Shown one piece after another: positions 1 through 19,480 of a stretch of DNA of 64,000 nt. A model generated the notes under the pieces. That model worked only from the letters and a program-made list of their open reading frames with translations. It had not been told where the DNA came from and did no database searches. Both the position numbers and the translations under genes were made by a program. How positions within the stretch are numbered: position 1 is the stretch's first letter; every line of letters begins with the position of its first letter. Source of the stretch: Eledone cirrhosa (lineage: Eukaryota); contig OZ024753.1 of the NCBI GenBank assembly GCA_964016885.1, forward strand, positions 2,170,001-2,234,000, in the 5' to 3' direction.

Positions 1-1240
1 ACTAAAATGACATGATTCATATACTAATTAGAAAGTTTTTGAATCTTTTCCAAACGGCGAGGAACTAATTCTAAACAAACAGCAGCTTTAACGTTGTATT
101 AGATATATACTGAAGACATGTTTCTTTACAAAACTATATCCTTATTTTTATTTATAACATATCTTGCAGGAACCATATTGGCAGGTGAAGACGATATATA
201 TCAAAATACGGTTATTTCTCGCTAATGCATATTAAACAAAAAATCAAGGCGACTGTTCTCTTTCTAACATGAATATTTTTCATATTATATTTCCATTGGG
301 TTATGTTAAGTTACGAAGCAGTACCTGTTTATATATAATTGTCTTCTTCGTGTGTGTGACAAATTTAATGATATGATCTATGTGTTTCACTCGTATGACA
401 GGCACAAGCCCAATCTGAAGATTTGAATTTAGTTGTTATTTTCTTGCTGCATGTCATTGAGGTGGAGCAGATCTATAATGAAAGGTATTACATTCGTGTT
501 ACTTCTGCATTCTTCTATATCTGGGCTACATTATCTAATGTGTTCTTCTCTTTAATACGATAAAGAATTAACGGATTTGGTCGCTATTTCTAAAAGGTCG
601 ATGCTAATGTCAATTCAAGAAGATATACGCATCTTGACGCTATCTGATTGGCCGATAAAAGCTTTATATGAATTAATAATTTTGTGGCTGGTTTTATCTC
701 CATCTAAGCCGTTTTGCTATTATCCATCATATCTGGTATGCTGTCAATCGCTTCTGTGTTTACTGTGACTTTTACTGTCAGCGACAATTACCTTAAACTC
801 TATTAATGAGTCAACCTTCTGTTCTGTATCATTTAGTAACTCTCATCATTATATCAACTGTTTTTTTTTGCTAGTTTCCCTAGCAACCCGAGATATGGCA
901 TCACTGTTAATCGCTGATTGGTTCGAAAGGAAATTACATAGGCATATCTTAGAATCTATCCGTTTTGCTGTCTACTAGACGCCCAGAAGTGTAGCGTAGG
1001 CGGATCTTAGCATCTGTTTGTATTACCAGTCCTCCTTCATTAGCATAATGACATTAACTTTTTATTAACTTTTTAAAACAAAACTACATGAAACTGGTCC
1101 TATGATACCAAACTGTTTATTTTAAAGTATTTATATATATCTAAAAACCTTCCATCTTAATTTTATTTATGAATCTTTAAGTTGTGCTCCAAACACCTGT
1201 TTAACAATGAGGAATCTAATTGTATTATTAAATCCATTCA

Positions 1241-1428
1241 GGGTGGTGGATTCGCAGAATCGGTAGAGTTTCAGACTCCATGCTTTATAGCATAGATTTA
1301 TGGCTCTTTACGTTCTGAGTTCAAATCCCGCCGAGGTTAGCTTTGTCTTTCATCCTTATGGAGTCGATAAAATAAACCACTAGTAATGCAGTGGGGTTGA
1401 TTTAATCGACTTTCCACTCCCCTGAATA
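1241..1428 (+). mobile_element. tRNA-derived SINE with Meta/MESC-like core, full length
   Basis: A-box-like TCGCAGAATCGG, B-box GAGTTCAAATCCC and core CTTTCATCCTTATGGAGTCGATAAAATAAA. Flanked by a 17-bp target-site duplication ATTATTAAATCCA(T/A)TCA at 1224-1240 and 1429-1445. Confidence 0.85.
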
Positions 1429-1596
1429 ATTATTAAATCCAATCAAATTCTTGATTATTTTCAAAAATCAAATGAAAATCATAAACAGTTTCATTCATTA
1501 GAGAGATTTAAATTTGAACATTTACGTTCGAATGATCAATGCACCACGAATTTAACAGACCATTTTACTTTGATCTCTCTCTCTCTCTCCCTTTAT

Positions 1597-1647
<51 letters not shown>

Positions 1648-1648
<1 letters not shown>

Positions 1649-1790
1649 CGGATTTCTCATGCATTTAACGCTTATTAAATTTTACTCGAAGCTTTGCTAG
1701 AATATGCTTGCTCATGATAACGACATTGGAATCGAACTCAGAACCTCATGGTTTTGAAAAAAACCTCTTAACCACACTGCTATGTCTGTC
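1648..1790 (-). mobile_element. Decayed tRNA-derived SINE, second family
   Basis: Reverse strand reads AGCAGTGTGGTTAAGAG...GAGTTCGATTCC (tRNA-like head). Similar to 43631-43790. Confidence 0.55.
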
Positions 1791-1794
1791 CTGT

Positions 1795-1940
1795 TTTGAT
1801 TTCATATTTCGTCGTTGTCTACTTTGCCTTATATACTTCTGTCGTCCATAAAATAAGTATTAGTCATGAACTACTGGAGTTGATTCAATTACTTATACCA
1901 TGCCACAAATTTCTGGCCTTATACCAATATATGAAATCAT
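1795..1940 (+). mobile_element. Decayed Meta/MESC-type SINE fragment
   Basis: ACTTTGCCTT...ATAAAATAAGTA...TTCTGGCCTTATACC resembles the core and tail of the young copies. Confidence 0.5.
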
Positions 1941-2548
1941 TTTTTGTATCAATAAACTTATCATGAATAAAATATATGATCTCGAATCGAAGATGTGTTT
2001 GATCATATTATATTTCAATGCAAATGACTAACTTTAAGTATTCTCTCCAATCAAAGTAAGATTCCCTCTGCTTTATACTATGGGAACTTTTATTAATACT
2101 GTTCAGAGAAACATTAATTATTACTTTACGATGTTTAGTATCACAAAAACAGATAGGATCCTAAAATGATTCACGTTTGAGAATTCATGTCTAACTTGTG
2201 ATTGCTATAATTACAGTAGTTAGCCGGATTATTAAGCACCAGGGTTATCTAATCGTTAGGAGTGAACAGATACATGCTCTCTTAAAGATTACTCTTGTAA
2301 TTGGACATTTTGATTAGTGTTTAATTAGCTAAAAGTGTCACAAGTACTATTCCATTATCAGTTGACTGTGTTGAACGAGAGAAAGCTTTTTTTAAAAGAA
2401 TGCCTCTCTGTCGTATTTAATATTTTACTGTTAGCGTCTAGGTAATCTTTCAGTTCCTTCGTTTTTTCTATATCATTGGGCTAACCGGGTTAATCAGGAA
2501 TACCTCATTTTCAATCGCATCTCTTTCTCTCTCTCTATGTATATATAT

Positions 2549-2742
2549 ATTATAAAGAGTCGGGACTCGATGGTTGAGCTCTTCTCATTTCAACAGCTAG
2601 TTCTGGAACTAGATGTTGAAACGACAAGAGCTCAGATCAGCCGACAGCTCCCGACTCTTTATAATATAGCCATACTCTACTACCCCGAATATCGAGTACT
2701 GTTTAGTAATGGTCTAACTAGTTTTAAACTGGTTCTATCCTG
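2549..2742. repeat. Long hairpin element between TA tracts
   Basis: TATTATAAAGAGTCGGGA pairs with TCCCGACTCTTTATAATA and encloses further stems (TGAGCTCTT/AAGAGCTCA, TTTCAACA/TGTTGAAA, CTAGTTC/GAACTAG). Its ACTCTACTACCC...GAGTACT motif recurs in reverse orientation near 42294-42325. Confidence 0.65.
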
Positions 2743-3137
2743 ATATATATATATATATATATATATACATATGTATAGGTATATTATATATATGTATAGG
2801 TATATTATATATATGTATATATATGTATATATACATGTGTATATATACATATACACATAAATTCATACATATATATACATATATACACTAAAAGGCCTGT
2901 CGCACATATGCATTTTTCTCACATCCCTTGCAATAAAGTCTGTTAATTTGCTCCCAAATTCTTTATTGAAGTATTGGTAGACAATAAATAGTTAACATTC
3001 TAAAACCTCTTCTGTGAATTATTAAGATTCTGTTGCAAGTAATATATAGGAAACTTTTTTCCAAGAAATTAGTCGGTTGAATTGATAAATACTTGACATT
3101 TGCAATAGAATCTTAATAATCTCTCTCTCTCTATCTC

Positions 3138-3191
<54 letters not shown>

Positions 3192-4999
3192 CCTTTATAT
3201 CAAAATAAGAAATTTTCAGATATGCTTCTTTTTCTACACGAGCGCATTACGAAACTTTTAATATGAATGTTTTCGAAATATTCTAGGTAAGGCAGAGAAA
3301 ATATTTGTGATAGTAGGAATATCAGATATAAACCAGACAAAATGTATTTAAGAATTATTAAAAATAAAACATAAAAATAACTGCAACATATTTAAAGTTT
3401 TTGCAACAATGATCTCTATAATGTTTTATTGTTATTATTTTATTTTCGATCCTCACTTTTCTGAACAACCTTTGTAAAACAATAACGAATGTTATTGTTA
3501 TTTTTCTTTCTTCTTCTCAACTTTATTGAAGTTCGCAAAAAGGATGATTAAGCGACACGTTTATATAGTTTCTTGATACTATCTTGCAGCCAGTTCTCTT
3601 TTATTGGAACCAAGTGCAATTTCTGTTCAAAATAATTGAAATCATATTTTTTCTAAGAAATTTATTACTATTTCATGTTTTCTCTCGATATTTTAATTTT
3701 ATTTTTATTTAGGAAAGAAAAAAAACCAACAACAACAGAAAAACAACATAAAATAAAAACATTTTATCAGTATTACCATAACACGATCAGAAAAAAATAC
3801 AGTTTTTATTACGAATTTATTTTTTTGTACATTTTTAAATGTTATGAAAAAATAAAAATAAGAAAAGGAAATTAGAAAGCAATACGAGAAACTAAGTCAT
3901 TCTTGCATTGCAGAAATACAAATAATGCTTAACTGACTTGACCAAAGAGCAATATTATTAATAATAATAATTAAAATAATAATAATAATAATGGGAAGGG
4001 CAAGAACGAGAAGAATAACAATGATACCAAGAAGAATTAGAATAACAAGTTCACCAAAGCAACAACAAACAGATCATTCGTCTAAAAACAATGTTAGAAA
4101 CAAACAGCATAACACTGAATGCAAACATTTTTCAGCCTCTCTCTGTCTGTCGGTCACACACACACTGTCTCTGTCTCTCTCTCTCTCTCTATATATATAT
4201 ACATATTCACAAATACTAATATATATTAGTATTTCAACTTCAATTTTATATCACAAGAATATTATTTGTGCGACGCATTGGATCTTGAAGAAAGTTTAAA
4301 TCAACTAACAAAAAAGCACAAAAATAAAACAACAAACAAATAAAAGTTAACGCATCAGAAGAGGATTTATTCTTTTCTATTGAAGATTTGCAGCCTATTT
4401 TTTTCTTTAAATATTTATTTTTTTTTTGCTAAATTTAATATCAAATTGATTCTTTACAGAAAGCATCAAAAGTGTAATAAATATTGTTGTTGGTATTGAT
4501 AGTGATGATGATACAAATGATGTTGAGGATGGTAATTATGAAGATAAGGAAGATGATATAATTAGAAAAAGGCAGAGGATTGGAAATGAATATCAACTCC
4601 CAATTATTATTAAATATAAAGAGATCAAAATTCTTTAAGATAGCAAATTGAAACGCGACTTAAAAATATGTTGCAGTGTAGTTCTATATATTTCTACCCC
4701 GTGGACAAGAAGAAGGCAAATATTACCCCTCCCCACACACACATATATATATTGTGTATGTGTGTAAATTTATTGACAGTACTATGCTTGTGCATATCAA
4801 AACTGGGATCAACAATTTAAATAAGATGGTTAAATGCAACATGACTTCAAGCGTAAGATTATAGAAAGATATAAGGCTTATTGAAAAGAAAGTAATTATT
4901 GTACCAGTATCTTTACGTTTAAATAATATAAAAGCAGCGGAAGAATCTTCAGGAATGATTTATATGTCATAGAAGGATGTATAAAAGTAGGTTAGCTAC

Positions 5000-5160
5000 G
5001 ATGGTAAGGGTGTTCAGCTTGAAGGTCCAGTTGTTTGGCTCATGATCGTTAGGTCGTGAGTTTGATTCTTGGAATAGAGACGGGGGACATTGTGTCTTTG
5101 AGAAAGAAATTATTTCACGTTGTACCAGTGCACCCAGCTAGATAAAAAAAACTAGTTGCC
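5000..5160 (+). mobile_element. Decayed tRNA-derived SINE, third family
   Basis: B-box-like GGTCGTGAGTTTGATTC followed by TTGTGTCTTTGAGAAAG...CAGTGCACCCAGCT, a typical SINE body. Confidence 0.45.
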
Positions 5161-5982
5161 ATCAACAGCAAATTCCTGTCGAAACGTCAAGAAGGTCCTG
5201 ACTTTCTACTATATATATATACATGTGCGTGGGTATACATTTATATACATTCACAGACATAGTCATACACGTGAGTATATTGTCTCCTTGCCCTTTAACT
5301 CATTGTTAGTTGTGTAGTCATATTCTTTAGTCTCTATAAGTCAGCACGTATTGTCATTGCTAGTCAAATATTTTCATTTTCTTTCTTTTTATATTTAGTA
5401 TTGGCTGGTTCAGTAATTTAGACTTCTCTTTCGATTTCCTGTGCATCATGAGCAGTAAAAAGAACCTGATATTTCTGATTTTATGGATCTATAGAAATTA
5501 GCGGCTTTTTGAAGATTTAAAGTAAACTTTAATTTATTCTAATCATAGGCTTATCAGAAAAATAATTAAATTTTGAAAATTTTATAAATAATAAATAAAA
5601 ATTAATGGAATTTAGGAGAACTGTGCAATTCTTATGTACGCTGCATTGAGGTTACTCATTTCAGACTTAGGCTGAGATGGGATTGGTACTTATATATGCA
5701 GACAGATTTGATTACCTGTCTTAATATTGTATTGGAGTGGATATGATGAAAATTTATTGTTTATTCAATTACGTCACCAAATGTATGTACGCTATGCAAA
5801 TTAGACCGACATTATATTTTTCATGACATATATAGCGTTGATAATTTAATATAATATATTCTTTCTTTCATAGAATCATAGAATAACAATGATATTCTCC
5901 TATGAAGCAACAAAAATTTCATATATTTCACTGTACGGAGAAATGTTTGATAGTATTTACACGTTAGATTTCATTATTTTCA

Positions 5983-6156
5983 TGGCAGTATCGGTAGAGA
6001 GTCGGACGCCATGCTTTCCAGCATAGTTACGTCCCTTTACGGTCTGAGTTCAAATCTCGCCGAGGTTAACTTTGCCTTTCATCCTTACGGGGTCGATAAA
6101 ATAAAGTACCAGTAATGTACTGAGTAATTGCTGGCCTTGTGCCAAAAGTAGAAACA
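5983..6156 (+). mobile_element. Young Meta/MESC-type tRNA SINE
   Basis: TGGCAGTATCGGTAGAG...GAGTTCAAATCTC...TTTGCCTTTCATCCTTACGGGGTCGATAAAATAAAGTACCAG...GGCCTTGTGCC. 10-bp target-site duplication ATTATTTTCA at 5973-5982 and 6157-6166. Confidence 0.9.
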
Positions 6157-7382
6157 ATTATTTTCACAGCTAAGGCTTCTAACTGACCCCCCCCCCCACT
6201 TACTTATATCTACTTTAAGTTGGACTAAACACACATGCATACATTATATTTGACAAGGAAAAGAATCTACAGTATTTTAGATGTCTGGTTGGTGATGACT
6301 GCATCATAATGAGGAGGCTATTAGCGGCGAAGTCACTCTCAACACTTTACTTTTGCTTCAAAAAATAAATTCATACTCTACGTAGATGTACGATTATACA
6401 TAAAGCACAAACACATGCAGAGTTACAGACACACAATATATATATATATATATGAGTAGCATACATTTAGTAATGTATATGTAATAGAAGACTATATGTA
6501 TTATTTTCTACTAACAATCTAACTAAACTTCAAAACCTAAATGTTCTTTCTACAGACACAAAAAGCTTTAAATTTACCTATTAATGTTGGTAAAATTTCG
6601 ATTTTTGTTAAATAAACCTATTAAAAGTTTAAAATATCAGTGAAACAAAATAAACTATCTTTGATTAATTGAATATTGTATAATTTTCATTTTTATTGTC
6701 AAATTTCTTTATTATTTTTTCGTTTCATCTATCCTCTAAAGTTAACAGAATTATCGATAAACATAGATACAAAGAAAATAATAATGATAATAATAATAAT
6801 AATTTATTTATTGCAATAATAATAATGATAATAGGAATCATAAAAATAACTACAATGATAACGAAAGTATTGATACACATTTAAGAATAATAAAATGTTG
6901 GATATGCAGACGAACACATATATTACTATATGCACACGCACAAACATATTTAAATGCAATTTTAATTAACAATGGAAAATAAGAAGAAAACTAAAACTGA
7001 AAATTATATGAAATACGATAGATAAGACATTAACCTGAAGAGAATAAAAGATAACCGCTAAAAATACAAAACAAAATATGTCATTAAATGCAGTTGCAAT
7101 CAATATTCACATTAGCATGAAAACAAACAAACACTAAAAGAAAAGTCGATGCTAACAATACACAACGTTTGTATAGTCAACCAGGCAACAAAATGCATAA
7201 TGAAGGAAGAAAACATGGATAATGATATTATAAATGTTTAGGTGATATTAAACAGTAAACTCTATCGTCAAATAGTAAACTTGTAACGAAATAATCTTCG
7301 ATTTAATTAATAATTAAAACAATATATAGTGGTATTTAAAACAAAATAAAGCTGTGACAAAAATGCTATATATATGTTGCTC

Positions 7383-7432
<50 letters not shown>

Positions 7433-7740
7433 ATTGAGTGGCTGTTAGAAATTATCGGTCGGTAGATTTTTCATTTCATTTGAGTTTGAGTCCATGCTCA
7501 GGCCAAGTCGAAGACTCCACCCTCAAGATTGCCAGAGCTTTAGAAAATATACTTAGTAGTATTTAGGTACTGCTTTTTATTTTTCAACCTTCAGAGTTCA
7601 TATAAAGCTATGGTGATCCTCGCCTTCCATTATTCTTCGGTTGATAACGTAAAAGTCAAGCACTCGAATCGAACCAATTGATCAATTATTTCGCCAACAC
7701 TCTGGTATTGTGCTTATGTAAGAAATCATTATACTATTCA

Positions 7741-8300
7741 GCGATGGATAACTAGAAACATTAGAGTGTTAGACAAGGTGCATTACGGTATTAAATTCAG
7801 GACAATAAGAGTGGCGAACATCATGGAATGAGCCCACATATGCCAACCAAGACCTCGTCCAGGAACCCACATCTAAACCAGTCAGATTTGAACTTCCCAG
7901 GAAGCAATGGATATTTCTTAATCCGATACGCACAACGTATGCCAGAACAACCCATCATCTCCATCGATGGAAAATGAAAGACAGCCCAGCATGTGACTGT
8001 GGGGACAGTACCGCATGTTTTTCTAGATTGTCCCTTCAGACGTTTTCCCGACGACTTGGAGACAATCCATCATGCTGCAAGTGACGCCTTGGTTTGACTC
8101 ACCGATCTCGATCTTTCTAACTATTGTGCATATGTCATACGACAAGAAGAAGGTATTTACTCAAGCATCTTATGTTCTGATTTCATATTTCGCCAAGGTC
8201 GAATTTGCTTTTCTTTCTTCCGGTACCACTAAGATAAAATACCTGTCAACAACAAGGTTTGATATAATAAATTATACCTTCCCCATCAAATTTATGCTTT
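7741..8300 (+). mobile_element. Old SINE split by a LINE insertion
   Basis: SINE head at 7741-7792 resumes at 8152 with GTTCTGATTTCATATTTCGCCAAGGTCGAATTTGCTTTTC. Confidence 0.55.
7793..8151 (+). mobile_element. 5'-truncated Vingi/Ingi-type LINE 3' end (pseudo-ORF)
   Basis: Translates to ...KPVRFELPRKQWIFLNPIRTTYARTTHHLHRWKMKDSPACDCGDS, frameshift, HVFLDCPFRRFPDDLETIH, matching the Vingi C-terminal cysteine motif. Tail CATACGACAAGAAGAAG. Target-site duplication GGTATT at 7787-7792 and 8152-8157. Confidence 0.8.
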
Positions 8301-9204
8301 CGTAAGGGATCAATAATTAGTTTCCAAGATCAAATTCGCTTCATTCTTGTCTGTTATTGAAATAAGTAGCAGTAATGTTTCGCGGTTGATTTTTTGTCAT
8401 ATCCTTTTCCTCTATATAAAATTGACTTAAAATAAAAAAAACAAACAAACAATTATGTTATAAAAATCTTTAGGAAATTCACGGAAAGGAAGAGGGTAGA
8501 GAGGCTAGTTACCTGTATCGTCGTCTTTACAAAGAGAAGCTTGGAATATTTGTTGTTGTTTTTGTTATTTAGATCCATGTCCACCATGACAGAAAAGACT
8601 CTTGATAATAGGATACCCAGTTATGAAAATCCAGTCTTTGTATTAAAACAATGTACTAATGACTACATTATTCAACGCATTGTTTCATACCTTTAAAAGG
8701 TGATAGCTGCAGCTATTTCTAACAGATTGAGCAACAATATAACCGCTTTCCCATTGGTTCAAAGGCTGAGAGATTATATCTCATTTGTTAGAAAGCAAGC
8801 AAGCAAAAGCTCCCTCTCCTCCTCCCTAAAAGGACCCATCCATTCGAATAGTTCGATGTGACCCCTACGCAGTGACTACCTTATGTAATTACACTGCAAT
8901 GTTCAAGAAATTATAATGCATCACAATTGAAAGACGATAACAACCAAATAACATGTTCTGTTCAATAAAGAATCTAGTGAATAGCGGACATGGCAGTGTT
9001 GGATTAAATATGTTACAGATTTGCGTCACTTGTCCCCGAAAATATTTCGTTAATATTAATTACCTTTCAGCACTTTCTCAGCAGAGAAGATGTTTATTTT
9101 TATAATTGCTTCTACACTGATCAATACAAGCTACATCTTCCTGAGGGGCAGAAATCCTACGGAGTAACATATTGACTGTAGGTTATGGAATATATTCTTT
9201 TACT

Positions 9205-9370
9205 GAGGCAGCGAACTGTCAGAGTTGTTAGAACGTCGGATATAATGCTTTACGTTATTCGTTTCGGCTATCTGTTCTCTGAGTTCAAATCCCGTTGAGG
9301 TCAACTTTGTCTTTTATTAATTCGAGGTCGATAAAAAAAAATAGCATACAAATATTGGAGTCGATTCTTC
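9205..9370 (+). mobile_element. Diverged Meta/MESC-type SINE
   Basis: GGCAGCGAACTGTCAGAG...GAGTTCAAATCCCGTTGAGGTCAACTTTGTC...GAGGTCGATAAA. Confidence 0.75.
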
Positions 9371-9929
9371 CACTATATCTCTTTCTCACTTCCATTCTTT
9401 CATACTTTATCCTTCTCTGGAAGAGATCTGCTGTATTTAAACCTGAAGAGGCGATGGGACCTGTCAGGTTTAAAAATACCCTATAAACACCATATGTCAG
9501 TACGGTGCCTTTACAACTCCCTCGAGAGTTACGGGACCATGCATGCATCCATCCGTTCGTTTACTATTATTTGTATGCTGGTCTCACTCTTGTGAACGAT
9601 ATTGCGATCAGGTATTGCTATTCATATACACAACAGTTGAAATGTTATAGTCATTTCATAGCAATAACATAATCAATCTTACAAGTTACTGCAACTAGTG
9701 TAGACAGTCACTGGGGTACCTCTCTTTGAGGGTGTGTCCATCATGCTATTTCACCTCCTCTCCAAGCATCCATCTTCTTACTAAGTTTAGCCAACCAGAA
9801 GTTGTTACTGCGGTGGAGCTGAATAATATCCCGGACCCAGAAGTGAGAATCATGTGAAAAATCAATGTACCTGTCCGTCCATAAGGATACCGTTGCTGGA
9901 TATTAAAGTATCTACCCTATCCAAACCTC

Positions 9930-10285
9930 CTTGTATTAGGATAACGTTTCTTCAAATCCTGGATAATGTTACGTCCGGTATTGCGATAACGTTTCTTCGA
10001 ATCATTTCACTGTATTTTCAAAAGAACATTATATAACATTATACCCAGTATTGAAACATTCGTTTCTTTAAATCGTTTCATTCTACTGTCAAAGAGAAAG
10101 TGGGTAAAGTTATGTCCAATTTTGAAATAATGGTTCTTTAAAACCACTCTACTATATTTCAAAGAAACGTTAAATAACACTGTTCAGTATTGAAACACAG
10201 TTTATTTAAATCGGTTCAATCTACTTTCAAAGACACAGTAGGTAACTGTATGTTCGGTTTTGAAATAATGATTCTCCAAGAACAA
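9930..10285. repeat. Degenerate ~70-bp minisatellite with ~139-bp dimer
   Basis: CAGTATTGAAACA at 10046 and 10185. Alternating units also share TTTTGAAATAATG and TCAAAGA. Confidence 0.65.
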
Positions 10286-10589
10286 TATACTTTATAATTT
10301 CGATATGTTTTATAGCTATAATTATTAAGAATATATTTTGCTTTTACGATGTTGTCCATCGTGGAGTTACGCCGATGGTGATGTCATTGTTTCCGACAAT
10401 AATACCTCTATTGATTGAGACAAATACCGTTATGACCTTGAATAAAAGGTTTCTACAATGAATAGGATCAGAAGAATAACTATTTATTCAAGAAGGCTGA
10501 TAGTTGTGGCATTAATGTTAATGATCGATGGTAGTCATCGAAAATTCAATAAATAATCCCACCATCAACCTTTCGGCTGTTTACACCAA

Positions 10590-13670
<3,081 letters not shown>

Positions 13671-14131
13671 GCACATTACATTATATTTTACGGTTTGCTT
13701 GTTTATTTGTTTTATAGTGTATTGCAGTACAAGAATCTCTTGGGTATCCTTAGGGAAATTAAGCAAACCATCTTTATTGTTGTTGTTGTTGTTGTTGTTG
13801 TATTCTTATTGATTTTATTTTATCTTATATTTTTACATTCGATTTCGCATAGATGCAAATTAACGTATGGCAAATATAAAATTGCTCGGATTAGCTAAAG
13901 AAAGGAAACTTTGTGTTAGTAAATTCAAGCATAAAGAAGGTATAGCACCATCAAGACGTGTCCCTTTTAAAATATATGAGAAGAAGGCAAATAATTTTAT
14001 CTTAGAAGTTTTCAAAAACATCAAAAGAATTATTAAATATTCGATTGCAATGTCATTAAAGTATAACACGCACACACACACACACACACACATATATATA
14101 AATATAAATATATATATACATATAAATATAT

Positions 14132-14162
<31 letters not shown>

Positions 14163-14444
14163 AATATATATATAAATATATATATATACATGTATATATC
14201 GTGTATATATATATGTATATATATATATGTGTGTGTATGTGTGTGTTTGCATGCGAGTGTATGTATATATATATGTACATATGTGTGTGTATATATTATG
14301 TGCATGTACATCTATATATATATATGTATATATATATATGTGTAATGTATACATACACAAACATGTGTGTGTACGTGCGTGTGTGTGTAGATGTTTATAA
14401 ACCAGAACATGTAAACAAATATATCCACAAACTTCTGTGAAAAA

Positions 14445-18171
<3,727 letters not shown>

Positions 18172-18606
18172 GTTGATATTGATATTTTCAATAGATCGAT
18201 GTTAAGCGTTATTAATATAATTTTATAAGATAAATGAAAAGCGCCCTCGGCACTGAAATGGTATCTAACAAAAGACCGATTCAATGAAAGTTGGTTTCAT
18301 ATTTCCTGTGCTTACACGAATCTATGAAGCGAATCGATCGTCTGGAAATCGTAGTTTCTTAGAAAGACAGACATTTGAACCCTAGTATCGTTAAAACTTA
18401 GCGGAAACACATTATTGTACCTTTTGAAAACTGATATAACTTCGTGCAAAAGATAATACCCTTACTGGTAGCCTTTAATAAATATTTACAAACATTTCTA
18501 TATCACATATGTGCACAAACATGTATGTATGTATGTATGTATGTATGTATGTATGTATGTATGTATGTATGTATGTATGTATGTATGTATGTATGTATGT
18601 ATGTAT

Positions 18607-18815
18607 TGCACAAAGCCAGTCTCACTCTATTCACCATAGGCCCAGCACTATGTGTCAATAATTGTCACAAGTGTAGTGTTTGTACCAGAGTTTTCAAGTC
18701 GCTGGCTGAACTAAAAAGTCACTCTTTCAGCCCATCGGCAGGGGTTCCCCTACAGGGATATAAAGTAGCGGCCGTACTCGAAAACGAGTTGGCAGCCACC
18801 ATGTATGTATGTATG
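18607..18815 (+). mobile_element. Truncated non-autonomous RTE derivative with a 5' inversion
   Basis: 18639-18800 repeats 19264-19430. 18607-18636 is the reverse complement of 19146-19175. Ends in a (TATG)n tail. Confidence 0.75.
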
Positions 18816-18817
18816 TT

Positions 18818-19480
18818 ATGTCAGGTCACCAGTTGGTACTACTGGTAACATGTATTCCAGTACAACCTGTCCCATGGTCGGGTCGTTGGCGACTAAACTG
18901 GCAACCCCACCAAGGTTTCTTGGTGAGGAGGGTGACTTTGGACATCCTGCAGGACTAAAAACAAAACCTGTCAAAGGACAAAGGAGCTCTTAAGAGTCAA
19001 TGGCCATCCAAAATCACCGGGAGAGATGGCCCCTTAGCCTTTGTTAAGGCAGAATTCTAGGAGAAGGAAAACTCTGATATAACACCTGCAACTCTGATGG
19101 TATCCAATGATGTTGACTTGTTCTTCTTTTTGGTAAATATCATCTTGGTTAAGAGAGTGGGACTGGCTTTGTGCAGTGCCTTTGCTCACTATAAAAGCTT
19201 CACGGCACAGGGATTGCTTTATATCTGGAGATCTCTCTGCACTTGTCGTCACATGGTACCAAGGGCCCAGCACTATGTGTCAATAATTATCACAGGTGTA
19301 GTGTTTGTACCAGAGTTTTTAAGTCGCTGGCTGGACTAAAAAGTCACACTCGTTCAGCGCATCGGTAGGGGTTCTCCTTCATGGGTATAAAGTAGTGACC
19401 GTACTCGAAAACGAGTTGGCAGCCTCCATGTATGAATGTATGTATGTATGTATGTATGTATGTATGTATGTATGTATGCA
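18818..19480 (+). mobile_element. Bipartite non-autonomous RTE-derived element (5'UTR fused to 3' end)
   Basis: RTE 5'UTR-type motif CTAGGAGAAGGAAAACTCTGA at 19057, C2H2 remnant HRCSVCTRVFKSLAGLKSH, 3' stem-loop CTCGAAAACGAG and (TATG)n tail. Confidence 0.7.

Noticed and set aside
5983-6060. tRNA gene
   Set aside because: The A and B boxes belong to a SINE head with a core, a tail and a target-site duplication.
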